The notes under the pieces: model-generated
What the model saw: the letters and a program-made list of their open reading frames with translations, nothing else
Databases searched by the model: none
What the model was told of the DNA's origin: nothing
Made by a program: the position numbers and the translations under genes
Source of the DNA: an uncultured bacterium
Lineage (GTDB): Bacteria > Hydrogenedentota > Hydrogenedentia > Hydrogenedentales > JAEUWI01
Direction of reading: 5' to 3'
Length of the DNA: 34,309 bases
NCBI GenBank assembly: GCA_963977445.1
Contig: CAXBPH010000043.1
Location: forward strand, 1 to 34,309
Shown: positions 1 to 8,421 of the stretch, piece after piece
Position numbering within the stretch: position 1 is the stretch's first letter
How the letters are laid out: each line of letters starts with the position of its first letter

Positions 1-1919
1 CAGCATCCGCAAACCTTCCACGCCGTCTACGGTCAATTCAACGTCCTGGGTACCGTCGAACTCGACAAAATTCTCAGGATCTATCTCGGGCAGCAGTATG
101 GGCCGCGGTAGCGAGTTCTCCGCGTTGGGCACGATTATGGGCTCATACTCCAATGCGGGAAAGGTTCCTGCCGGAATCGTTTCGCCATTCAACGAGGTAG
201 CCACCGCCCCATCGATATGGAGGTGAGTAAACCCTGCGGGTATGGCGTCAAAACGGAAGATTCCGTTCGCACCCGTCATGGTTTCCAGGGGCTCATTGTC
301 GCCAATGGTCAGTCGAACTTCCGCCCCGCCGATGGTCTGGTTTGCGTTGTCCATGACCACACCCGTAAATGAGGTGGGCCCGCCTTCGACCCGCGCGACA
401 CCCCACGCCACGAACGTGGCCGGTAAGCCCCCATTGCCGTCGAAAGTTGCTTCGACATGGTTGTTGCCCTCGGCTTCGTCGAGGGTTAAGGCGGCGTAGG
501 CGTGGCCCGTACTGTCGCTATTTACGGTCAATTCTGTCGTACCTTCCACGGTGCCCAGGAAGCCATTCCCCGGGTGACGCTAAAGGTGACCGCTACCCCG
601 GCCACGGGATTGTCCCCATCACTAACCCAGGCATTGAGCAGCGCGGGCAGTTGGGCGCCAGCCTCACCGGTCTGATTGGTTCCCATGCCGATATTAATCT
701 GATCTGCGGGCGCCCGATCCGCGGAGGCGCAGAAAAATACCGTGCCGGCAATATCTCGGCTCGCCACCGAGACGCGGTTGTTGCCCCGACCCGCGTCGGT
801 ACCCAAACGGAAGAAAGCTTGCGCCATGCCATTTGCATCGGTGGGCACCTGCAGCAACCGCGTGGCCTCACCCCCTGTCGATGACGACAGTTCACCATTG
901 CTCCGGGAGACCTTGAACGTTACCGTCTTGTTGACGATGGGCGTCCCGTTTTCCTCGGTCAGTTGCACGATCAGGGGTGATGCCAGTTGCTGTTGCACGG
1001 TCCCGGTTTGATCATTGCCCGACACTGCCGCCATTCGGGGGCCGGTCACAGCCTCCCGGGTAACGGTAATGCTCTTGACCGTTGTGTTTCCGAATTCATC
1101 CACGGCCGTGGCCGTGAGGGTGTTCTCCCCGATTGCCAGGGGCACATTGCTGCGTTCGAAGGTCCCATTGGTGCCGATGCCCATATCCACCGTAGCGGGT
1201 GCGCCGTTGACCTCAACTTCCAGGCCCATGAACCCGCTGTGCATATCCGAGAGGCGCCCGGCAACCGCCAGGTCACTATTGGTGAGTACGGCGCCATCCT
1301 CCGGAAAGTCAATGTACAACTCGGGGGCGGTCATGTCCTGAATCACTTCAAAAGGCGTCGGTGCGCTGCGTGTGCTGCCCGCGCCCAAGGTGTAGAACAG
1401 CAGGCGATTCAGCCGATTGGGAAAAAGGGCTGCGGTAATGCTGAAGCTTCCGTCGTTTCCTGATGTGGTGGACAGAATTTCCGCGCCCCCCTGAACCTCA
1501 ATAAGTCGGTTGGGCGAAGCTTCACCCGTAATTTCAATGGAGGACTGATTCGTACCGGTCACCGTCGACGTGATTACCGGCGGCGCGGGCACCCCACCTT
1601 CGCCGGCCGACACCGTCACCTCCGCGAAACCCTTGGCGGCGCTGTTGGACCCCGTGGCGGTTATACGCGCTGTACCGACCCCTTCTGCAGTAACGATCCC
1701 GTCCGTATTTACCGTGGCCACTCCGGTAGCATTGGATGCCCAAGTAAACGAATCCACACTATCCGTTGAACTGGCTGCCAAGGTAGTCGACTGGCCCGCC
1801 TCAAGGGTCACCGTGGACGGCGTCACCGTCACAACGGCGCTGGTCGTTGGAGGAGTGCAAGCGGGGAAGGACAGGGCCGATACAATCAAGACCGCGGACA
1901 CCAGGAAAATTCTGCTCAT
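1..1919 (-). CDS. Surface lipoprotein with Big_2/Ig-like and carboxypeptidase-regulatory-like domains; 1-nt frameshift near 568-571; truncated by window edge
   Basis: ATG at 1919 preceded by GAGGA. Signal peptide MSRIFLVSAVLIVSALSFPAC ends in a lipobox-like Cys, followed by a Big_2 motif (FTWASNATGVATV) and further Ig-like repeats. The listed ORF stops at 528, but the -1 frame is open from ~570 to base 1 (GNGFLGTVEGTTELTVNSDSTGHAY...FTGVVMDNANQTIGGAEVRL...TGANGIFRFDAIPAG...). Confidence 0.8.
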
Positions 1920-2120
1920 GATACGGGTTCCTCTGAAGTTGCCAGCCATTTGATCGCTAAAACAATACGCCTGTATTACCCTAGCATTAATTCTATCATC
2001 TGTCCCGTTTAATAAATCAAACTCCAGAAACGGGCCCCATATTTGTATACTAAGTGCACGATTCAACCATGTTGTGCGCTTCAATATACACACCGAACTT
2101 TCTTATTCTCACATCATCCC

Positions 2121-3662
2121 CTACCCAAATACATGCCCCGGCATCACTTTCACGTCTTCCATAATTGGCGTAAAGTCCATCAACGCCAACACATCCCGCT
2201 CCACATCAATCCCTGGGGCCACTTCCAGCAAGGCCAGCCCACGCTCCGTCAAGCCAAATACCGCACGCTCCGTTATGTACGTCACCGCCTGCCCACGTTC
2301 CCGGGCATAGGCCGCACTGAAGGAAAGCTGCTCCACGGACGCCACAAACTTCCGGCAGGCACCCTCCTTCACAATTCGCAGCTTCCCCCCCTCCACGACC
2401 ACTTCGAGGCCACCTGCCGTGAAAGTCCCGCAGAAGACGACCTGCCGGGCCGTCTGGGTAATGTTGGCGAAGCCTCCGATGCCCGCAAGGCGACTGCCAA
2501 AGCGGGACACGTTCACATTCCCCGCGCCATCGACCTGGGCCAGACCCAACGCCGCAAAGTCGAGTCCTCCACCATCATAAAAATCAAACTGGGCGGGCTG
2601 GTCCACGATGGCATCGGGATAACTCGACGCGCCAAAACTCAAGCCGCCCGCCGGGATGCCGCCAATGGGCCCACTCTCCACGGTCAATGTAAAGCGGTCA
2701 AGGACATCCCGTTCGGCGGCAATCCGCGCGATACCTTCCGGCATACCAATGCCGAGGTTGGCGATGGCCCCTTCGGGAATCAAATCACAGGCACGGGCCG
2801 CGATGATACGGCGAACCCCCGGTGACATGGCCGGCAAGGTTGCCCCCAGGGATATCCCCTCGGGCAGCGGACTGTAGTAGGCAGGATTCAATTGCTCCGC
2901 AAAGGTCTGGGTATGCTCGTGGGGCTCGGCCACTACGATGTGGTCCACCAGAATGCCCGGCACGTGCACCGAATGGGGTGCCGCCCGCTCCGCGTCGAGG
3001 CGCGACACCTGGGCAATGACCATACCGCCGCAATTGTGGGCTGCCTGGGCGATCGACAAGACTTCCCCCACCAGCGCCTCTTCGCCCATCATCAGGTTAC
3101 CCAGGGGGTCGGCCGATGTCGCGCGAATCAGTCCCACATGAATCGGAAAGGCATGGTAAAGCAACCACGTTTTACCGGCGAGCTCCACCCGCTCCACACT
3201 GCCTCCGGGCGTGCGGTCGTTTAAGGCACCCCCATCATTGATGGGGTCGATGAAGGTGTGGAGGCCTACATGGGTGATGCATCCTGGACGTCCCGCAGCA
3301 ATATCGCGAAATAACTGGGACATGACACCCTGGGGAAAATTGAGGGCCTCGATTTCGCCTGCGTTCGCCAGCACACCCAGCTTGGGTGCAAGCCCCCAAT
3401 GGCCACCCACCACCCGCTTCAGCAGGGGCACATGGGCCAGATGATTCAACCCACGGTCCACGCCGTCGCCCTGCCCCGCCGCATAAACCAACGTGAGGTC
3501 GTGGGGGGTGCCCGTCTCCAGAAAGCGCTGTTCCAGGGCCGCCGTGAGGGCCTCCGGATGGGCTGCACCCACAAAACCACCCACCGCCAACGTGCTTCCC
3601 ATACCGATACGATCCACGGCATCTCGCGCCGAACACAGCTTCTTATCCAGCGGTCGGCTCAT
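2121..3662 (-). CDS. Fused family I acyl-CoA:acetate/3-ketoacid (propionate) CoA-transferase, YdiF/Pct-like
   Basis: Motifs AAGQGDG...[30 protein letters not shown], catalytic [39 protein letters not shown]. Start placed at ATG 3662 (MSRPLDKK) behind GGAGG/GAGG. Confidence 0.92.
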   Translation of the reverse strand: MSRPLDKKLCSARDAVDRIGMGSTLAVGGFVGAAHPEALTAALEQRFLETGTPHDLTLVYAAGQGDGVDRGLNHLAHVPLLKRVVGGHWGLAPKLGVLANAGEIEALNFPQGVMSQLFRDIAAGRPGCITHVGLHTFIDPINDGGALNDRTPGGSVERVELAGKTWLLYHAFPIHVGLIRATSADPLGNLMMGEEALVGEVLSIAQAAHNCGGMVIAQVSRLDAERAAPHSVHVPGILVDHIVVAEPHEHTQTFAEQLNPAYYSPLPEGISLGATLPAMSPGVRRIIAARACDLIPEGAIANLGIGMPEGIARIAAERDVLDRFTLTVESGPIGGIPAGGLSFGASSYPDAIVDQPAQFDFYDGGGLDFAALGLAQVDGAGNVNVSRFGSRLAGIGGFANITQTARQVVFCGTFTAGGLEVVVEGGKLRIVKEGACRKFVASVEQLSFSAAYARERGQAVTYITERAVFGLTERGLALLEVAPGIDVERDVLALMDFTPIMEDVKVMPGHVFG

Positions 3663-3855
3663 GCCCTCACCCTCCCGCTGACACCAGACATCCCTGCAAC
3701 ACCACAGACCAAAACCCATTCCCAACTACGCACAATCATTACCTCACCACGCCCCACAACAACGACCTGAACCAAACACAGCACTTCCTTAAAAAAGAAG
3801 GAACGCCATGGTAGCAGAACAACGGCCAATAACGCAGGATGATGGCCCGGACCAC

Positions 3856-4414
3856 GGGGACTGCACTGGCCTCGTATGCTGGCTTCGAGGGATGGAGATG
3901 GCTTGGTGCGAAGATTGCTGGCGGTAGGGCGAGGCGCGCAGATGGTCGGGGCCGTCCCCGGGGACTGCACCGACCTCGTAATCTCTATTCGAGGGTTGGG
4001 ATGTCTTGGTGCGACAAATGCTGTCGGTAGGGCAATGCGCGCAGATGGTCGGGGCCGTCACCCCAGTGTGTATTACCCTCAGGGGGACGGCCCCGGCTAT
4101 CTTATTCCTTGCTTCGTTCCCACGGCATCGAGCTAACCACGTGTTGCGTGGTGGTGGGTAAAATACATGATGCTGGTGCCGTCCCCGGGGACTGCACCGA
4201 CCTCGCAATCTCTATTCGAAGGATGGGGATGGCTTGGTGCGACGATTGCTGTCGGTAGGGCGAGGCGCGCCGATGGTCGGGGCCGTCCCCCCGGTGTGCA
4301 TTACCCTCAGGGGGACGGCCCCGGCTATCTTATTCCTTTGTTCGTACCCACGGTGTCAAGCCAACCACGTGGTGCTTGGTGGTGGGTGAAATACATGATG
4401 CCGGTGCAGTCCCC
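3856..4414. repeat. Array of five ~104-bp inverted-repeat doublets (REP/REPIN/BIME-like), order A-A-B-A-B
   Basis: Units at 3856-3959, 3960-4062, 4083-4186, 4187-4290 and 4311-4414. Each begins with a close variant of GGGGAC(T/G)GC(A/C)CC and ends with its reverse complement. A units share one interior and B units another. A 20-bp linker (..TTACCCTCAG) precedes each B. Confidence 0.9.
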
Positions 4415-4439
4415 ACTTCCCTTCCTTCACCGTGAAAAA

Positions 4440-4685
4440 CTATTCCCCCGCCGCTACAAAGGCAAACAAGTCGGCCTCTACAAACTCAAATTCCAAACGC
4501 ACCAACTTCCTCTTCAGTCCCGCCATGCTGCCTTCTTCCCACGTAACAGTGTGACGTATGGCGTCCTCCTCCAAGACATCACCGCCCGCCGGGAAGCTGC
4601 GATAGATCGCCCCCCGCGCATCGGGGTGTTCGTCACCCGCCCCAAGCAACAAACCCGTGGCAATCAATACTCCTGCTATAAACAT
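4440..4685 (-). pseudogene. Probable internally deleted secreted glycoside-hydrolase-like gene (signal peptide joined to C-terminal tail)
   Basis: 81 aa. Hydrophobic N-terminus MFIAGVLIATGLLLGA is followed almost directly by DAIRHTVTW...LKRKLVRLEFEFVEADLFAF, which resembles the C-terminal beta-domain of putative beta-propeller GH-like proteins. SD-like GAGGG upstream. Confidence 0.5.
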
Positions 4686-4900
4686 GCTATTCCCTCGCTG
4701 CGTGAGTTCCCGCCCGAATTCGAGTCGTGCCATCGCGGCCCAAACCCCACTGTCTCAAATCTACCCGAAACGTGCAAATTCCACACGCCTGCCACCCCAA
4801 CAATGCGCCCAGATGCCCTGTATCCGCCTCTACACCCTTGGCACGATGCTTGCACTAATCCACACAGCATGAAACTTCAATCAACCAGGGAGATATAACC

Positions 4901-5098
4901 ATGAACTCCGACGTATTTAAAGGCAATTGGAAACAGATCAAAGGCACCATCCAACAGAAATGGGGCAAACTGACCGATGATGAAATGGATCAGTTCGCTG
5001 GCAAACGAGAAGAGCTCATCGGCCGTATCCAGGAACGCTACGGCGAAGAACGAGACAAGATCGCCAGAGAATTGGACGCCCTCCTCGATAAGATATAG
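4901..5098 (+). CDS. csbD: CsbD/YjbJ family stress-response protein
   Basis: MNSDVFKGNWKQIKG...QKWGKLTDDE...GKREELIGRIQERYG matches the CsbD pattern; GGGGAG RBS upstream. Confidence 0.95.
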   Translation: MNSDVFKGNWKQIKGTIQQKWGKLTDDEMDQFAGKREELIGRIQERYGEERDKIARELDALLDKI

Positions 5099-5129
5099 CG
5101 CCCATCGATAGCAACCACGAGCCTGCGCT

Positions 5130-5160
5130 GCCCGCCATCAACCCCTGATGGCGGGCCCTT
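5130..5160 (+). terminator. Hairpin downstream of csbD, probable terminator between convergent genes
   Basis: GCCCGCCATCA-acccc-TGATGGCGGGC forms an 11-bp perfect stem; the U-tract is weak. Confidence 0.6.
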
Positions 5161-5212
5161 GTGTATACGCAGAGAAAACTCGCCGCACCGGAAAATACCA
5201 CCGGTGCCCCCC

Positions 5213-5752
5213 TCAAAGACGTGAGGTACGAACGACTTTGTGGGTGCAGAAACTTCCCGTGGACAGGTCCATCCATCGACTATCTACGTGTACGATATCG
5301 CCATTCATCGGAGCCCCGTTTGGCGACACCATCACATCGGGAAGGGGGCTTCCCGATGGATCAAGTACGACACCTCGAAGATCGTCGGCGGGAAATACCA
5401 CAAGTTCGACGTCGGCGAGTCCTTCGGTTTCGACGGAAGGGGCGGCAATTCCTTGGTCAATCGGGAACTCTCTCCGACGTTTGACGATAGTATCAGAGCT
5501 CCGATTGCGGGTGATGGTCAATATCCAGGCCCGGAATTTTGCGGGCTCACGCAACGAGGGCAACTTGCTAAAGGCGGCCAGGAACGTATCCTGAGTCACA
5601 TCCTCGGCATCGGCCCTGTTGGCCACGATGCCGTAGGCCACCGCGAACACCAATTCCAGGTTCCGTTCGACCAGGGTCGTGAAGGCATCGCGCTGCCCCC
5701 GAAGGGTCCGCCGAACGAGTCGGGCATCGTCTACTTGAAGAATTCGTAGCAT
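5213..5752 (-). pseudogene. ECF sigma factor remnant: region 2 fused to a carboxypeptidase-regulatory-like fragment, region 4 absent
   Basis: DDARLVRR...AFTTLVER...ADAEDVTQDTFLAAFSKLPSLREPAKFRAWILTITRNRSSD is sigma-70 region 2. It is followed by LRGVVLDPSGSPLPDVMV (CarboxypepD_reg-like start). No region-4 HTH is visible. Start placed at 5752 behind GGGAG. Confidence 0.7.
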
Positions 5753-5909
5753 GTGATATCGGTCTCCCTGTTTGTTGTATAGAGGAGACCGGATGGGACG
5801 CAAGTTGGGGACATTTGATTCGGACTACTTTTTTGATGCCATTCAGGTGAGCCAGCCCCCCAAACCACATCATATAGGTAAAATTATGAACCTGGAATCA
5901 ATATAAGGT

Positions 5910-6794
5910 ATGCTAAACCCCATGAACGATGCGCCCTTTGATTTTGCACGGCTGGACTATTCTCTGGCGGAGTGCACCCTGTATCAGATTGGCGGCCCTG
6001 CCCGGGTCGCGCTCCTTCCCCGTACCATGGAGGAAGTAGCGCAGGCTTATGAATGGATGGCGGCCCAACCGGGCAAGAAGCTCATCCTCGGGGGCGGCTC
6101 CAACGTCTTGATCAATGATGCGGGCTTCGATGGCATCGTGCTCTTTACCACCGAACTCATGCGTATGGACGACCTCGGGGATCACCGCTATTACATCGGC
6201 TCCGGTCGTGAACTCGACGACATGGTCCGCTCTATTATGTTGCAACACAACTACGAGGGCGTCGGAGGCTTCACCGGCATCCCCGGATCCGTGGGCGGCG
6301 CCATCTATATGAACGCCGGCACCGTCAAAGGCAGCACCTGCCAATGGATGACCTCGGTAGATGTGATGAAACCAACGGGCCTGGCGACCATACCCATGGA
6401 ACCCACCCTCTTCGGCTACCGTGGCCAGACCTTTTGCGCGCCGGGCGACGTGATTCTCGGTGGCGTTTTTCAATTTACGCCCGCAGAAGCGGACCAACAG
6501 GCCATCTACGACCACTATAAACAGCGCCGCAAAGAAAAACAGCCCCCAGGCAACAGTTGTGGTAGCGTATTCAAGAATCCCGAAGGCGGACACGCCGGTC
6601 AGTTGATTGAATCGTGTGGATTAAAGGGAACCCGTCGGGGCGGGGCGATTATCAGCCCCATGCACGCAAATTTTATAATCAATGAAGGCGAGGCTTCCTT
6701 TCAGGATGTCATCGATTTGCTTACGTTGGCCCGGGACACCGTTGCTGAAAAACACGGCGTCACCCTGGAGCCGGAAGTACGAATTATTGCCTGA
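5910..6794 (+). CDS. murB: UDP-N-acetylenolpyruvoylglucosamine reductase
   Basis: IGGPA, LGGGSNVL, GIPGSVGGAIYMNAG, GSVFKNP, HANFIIN and LEPEV motifs. True start may be ATG 5922. Confidence 0.96.
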   Translation: MLNPMNDAPFDFARLDYSLAECTLYQIGGPARVALLPRTMEEVAQAYEWMAAQPGKKLILGGGSNVLINDAGFDGIVLFTTELMRMDDLGDHRYYIGSGRELDDMVRSIMLQHNYEGVGGFTGIPGSVGGAIYMNAGTVKGSTCQWMTSVDVMKPTGLATIPMEPTLFGYRGQTFCAPGDVILGGVFQFTPAEADQQAIYDHYKQRRKEKQPPGNSCGSVFKNPEGGHAGQLIESCGLKGTRRGGAIISPMHANFIINEGEASFQDVIDLLTLARDTVAEKHGVTLEPEVRIIA

Positions 6795-6975
6795 AAACGT
6801 GGGCTGCCTCATCGATTGCATCAATCGGTAGGGTGGGCTATGATGAGGTTCGTTAAATCGGGTCGGGGAGGTTGGAATAATGTCTGACTTCGCCGCTCGC
6901 TTGTTTTTTCTCCCGTAGACAGAGAGCCCGTCGGACATGTTCGGCGATGACCACCCCCGCAGGAGTGTTACCCCT

Positions 6976-8076
6976 ATGGACATTCATGATTTGTTTGACC
7001 TGGTTGCCCAGGAAAACGCCTCAGACCTTCTCATCAGCGCGGGGGCTCCGCCCATCTTGCGGATTAACGGTCAGCTTTTTCGCAGTCGCACAGATGCGTT
7101 GACCCCCGAGCAGACCGAACAGCTCATCTTCGATTTCCTGACGGACGAGCAGCGGGAATCCTTCCTCGCCCACAAAGAGCTGGATTTTTCGCTGGCTTCC
7201 GGCCGTCGCCATCGCTTTCGTGTGAATGTTTATCGCCAGAAGGGTGCGGTGACCGCCGCGTTTCGGCCGATTCCGGAGAAAATTCCCAATCTGGAAGATT
7301 TGGGCCTGCCCGAGGCCGTAAGCGATATCATCAATGTAAAACAGGGACTGGTCCTCGTCACGGGACCCACGGGCCACGGCAAGACGACGACCCAGGCCGC
7401 CCTGATCGACATGATCAACGAGGAGCGGGCCTGTCACATCATTACGGTGGAAGACCCCATCGAATATGTTCACACCCACAAGCGCTCCATTATCGATCAG
7501 CGTGAAGTTGGCGCCGATACGGACAGTTTTCCCAAAGCCCTCAAATATGTCTTGCGTCAGGATCCCGATGTCATACTGATTGGCGAAATGCGCGATCTGG
7601 AGACGATCAAAGCGGCCCTGACAGCCGCAGAGACGGGGCACCTGGTCTTTGCCACTCTGCACACCAATGATGCCATCCAGACCGTGGACCGTATTATCGA
7701 CGTATTCCCCGGCCACGAGCAGCAGCAGATTCGCTTTCAGCTTTCCATGACCCTCCACTCTATTATTTCCCAACGCCTGTTGCCCAATGCCGACAATACG
7801 GGCCGGGTCCTGGCCTGTGAAATGCTCATGAACAACACGGCAATCGCCAATCTTATCCGGGAAGGCAAGACCCATCAGGTATATAGCGTCCTGGAGACCA
7901 GCACCAGAGACGGCATGCGAACCATGGATCGCGCCGTGAAGGACCTCTACAACGGGGGTCAGATCACCGAGGAAGATGCCATTGCGCTGATGAAGAACCC
8001 GAAAGACCTGGTAGAGGGCGCAAAGAAACCCGCAAAACCCGCAAAGAAGGCAACGAAGAAAAAATCAGACGACTAA
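6976..8076 (+). CDS. pilT: Type IV pilus retraction ATPase, PilT family
   Basis: ASDL, RFRVNVY, Walker A GPTGHGKT, TVEDPIE, QREVG, LRQDPDVILIGEMRD, AAETGHLVFATLH and AIANLIRE (AIRNLIRE-like). AGGAG at 6961 supports the start at 6976. Confidence 0.93.
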   Translation: MDIHDLFDLVAQENASDLLISAGAPPILRINGQLFRSRTDALTPEQTEQLIFDFLTDEQRESFLAHKELDFSLASGRRHRFRVNVYRQKGAVTAAFRPIPEKIPNLEDLGLPEAVSDIINVKQGLVLVTGPTGHGKTTTQAALIDMINEERACHIITVEDPIEYVHTHKRSIIDQREVGADTDSFPKALKYVLRQDPDVILIGEMRDLETIKAALTAAETGHLVFATLHTNDAIQTVDRIIDVFPGHEQQQIRFQLSMTLHSIISQRLLPNADNTGRVLACEMLMNNTAIANLIREGKTHQVYSVLETSTRDGMRTMDRAVKDLYNGGQITEEDAIALMKNPKDLVEGAKKPAKPAKKATKKKSDD

Positions 8077-8226
8077 TTTGGGGCGGTTGGCGTAGTACCA
8101 ACCGGGGTAAAACCAGAGATGTGACGTACTTTTACTCAGAGGTGCGTGGTTTCTGGCTGTTTGAGTAGCTGCTATGGCGGGATTGCGTCATTTTTATCGG
8201 TGCGCCCCTCGTTTGTCCATAGTTTA

Positions 8227-8235
8227 TGGTATAAT
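8227..8235 (+). promoter_or_regulatory. Extended -10 sigma70 promoter for the giant lipoprotein gene
   Basis: TGGTATAAT is a perfect TGn-TATAAT, ~185 nt upstream of ATG 8422. No clear -35. Confidence 0.55.
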
Positions 8236-8421
8236 CTGACTGGGCAGACCGGATTGAAGTCAACGCATGCCATCCAGTAAACGTGGGGTCAGCGCGCCCC
8301 GGGTTACTTCCGGAAAAATGCACCCGTCCTTAGGTTCAATGCATCCATCCTCGGGATAAACGTACCCGTTCTGCGCCACTCCATACCAGCAGGTCTTACT
8401 ACTTTTCAATAGGAGTTTGCC

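Noticed and set aside
528..570. Genuine stop of the first gene at 528, or a programmed ribosomal frameshift
   Set aside because: The alternative frame continues the domain pattern to the window edge, and there is no canonical slippery heptamer.
1920..2093. N-terminal extension of ORF 528-2093 (similar extensions in ORFs ending at 3725, 5803, 28162, 29337 and starting at 6937)
   Set aside because: Downstream ATGs fit better on RBS, signal-peptide position, family N-terminus or overlap with the neighbouring gene.
3856..4414. CRISPR array
   Set aside because: The interiors are repeated (A three times, B twice) rather than unique spacers, the boundary motifs alternate in orientation, and no cas genes are present.
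3659..4898. ORFs over the repeat array (3659-3970, 3789-4208, 3876-4136, 4167-4898)
   Set aside because: They are translations of GC-rich non-coding repeats, with no recognisable motifs or RBS.
8084..8104. Hairpin CGGTTGG/CCAACCG after pilT as a terminator
   Set aside because: Only a 7-bp stem with no adjacent U-tract.
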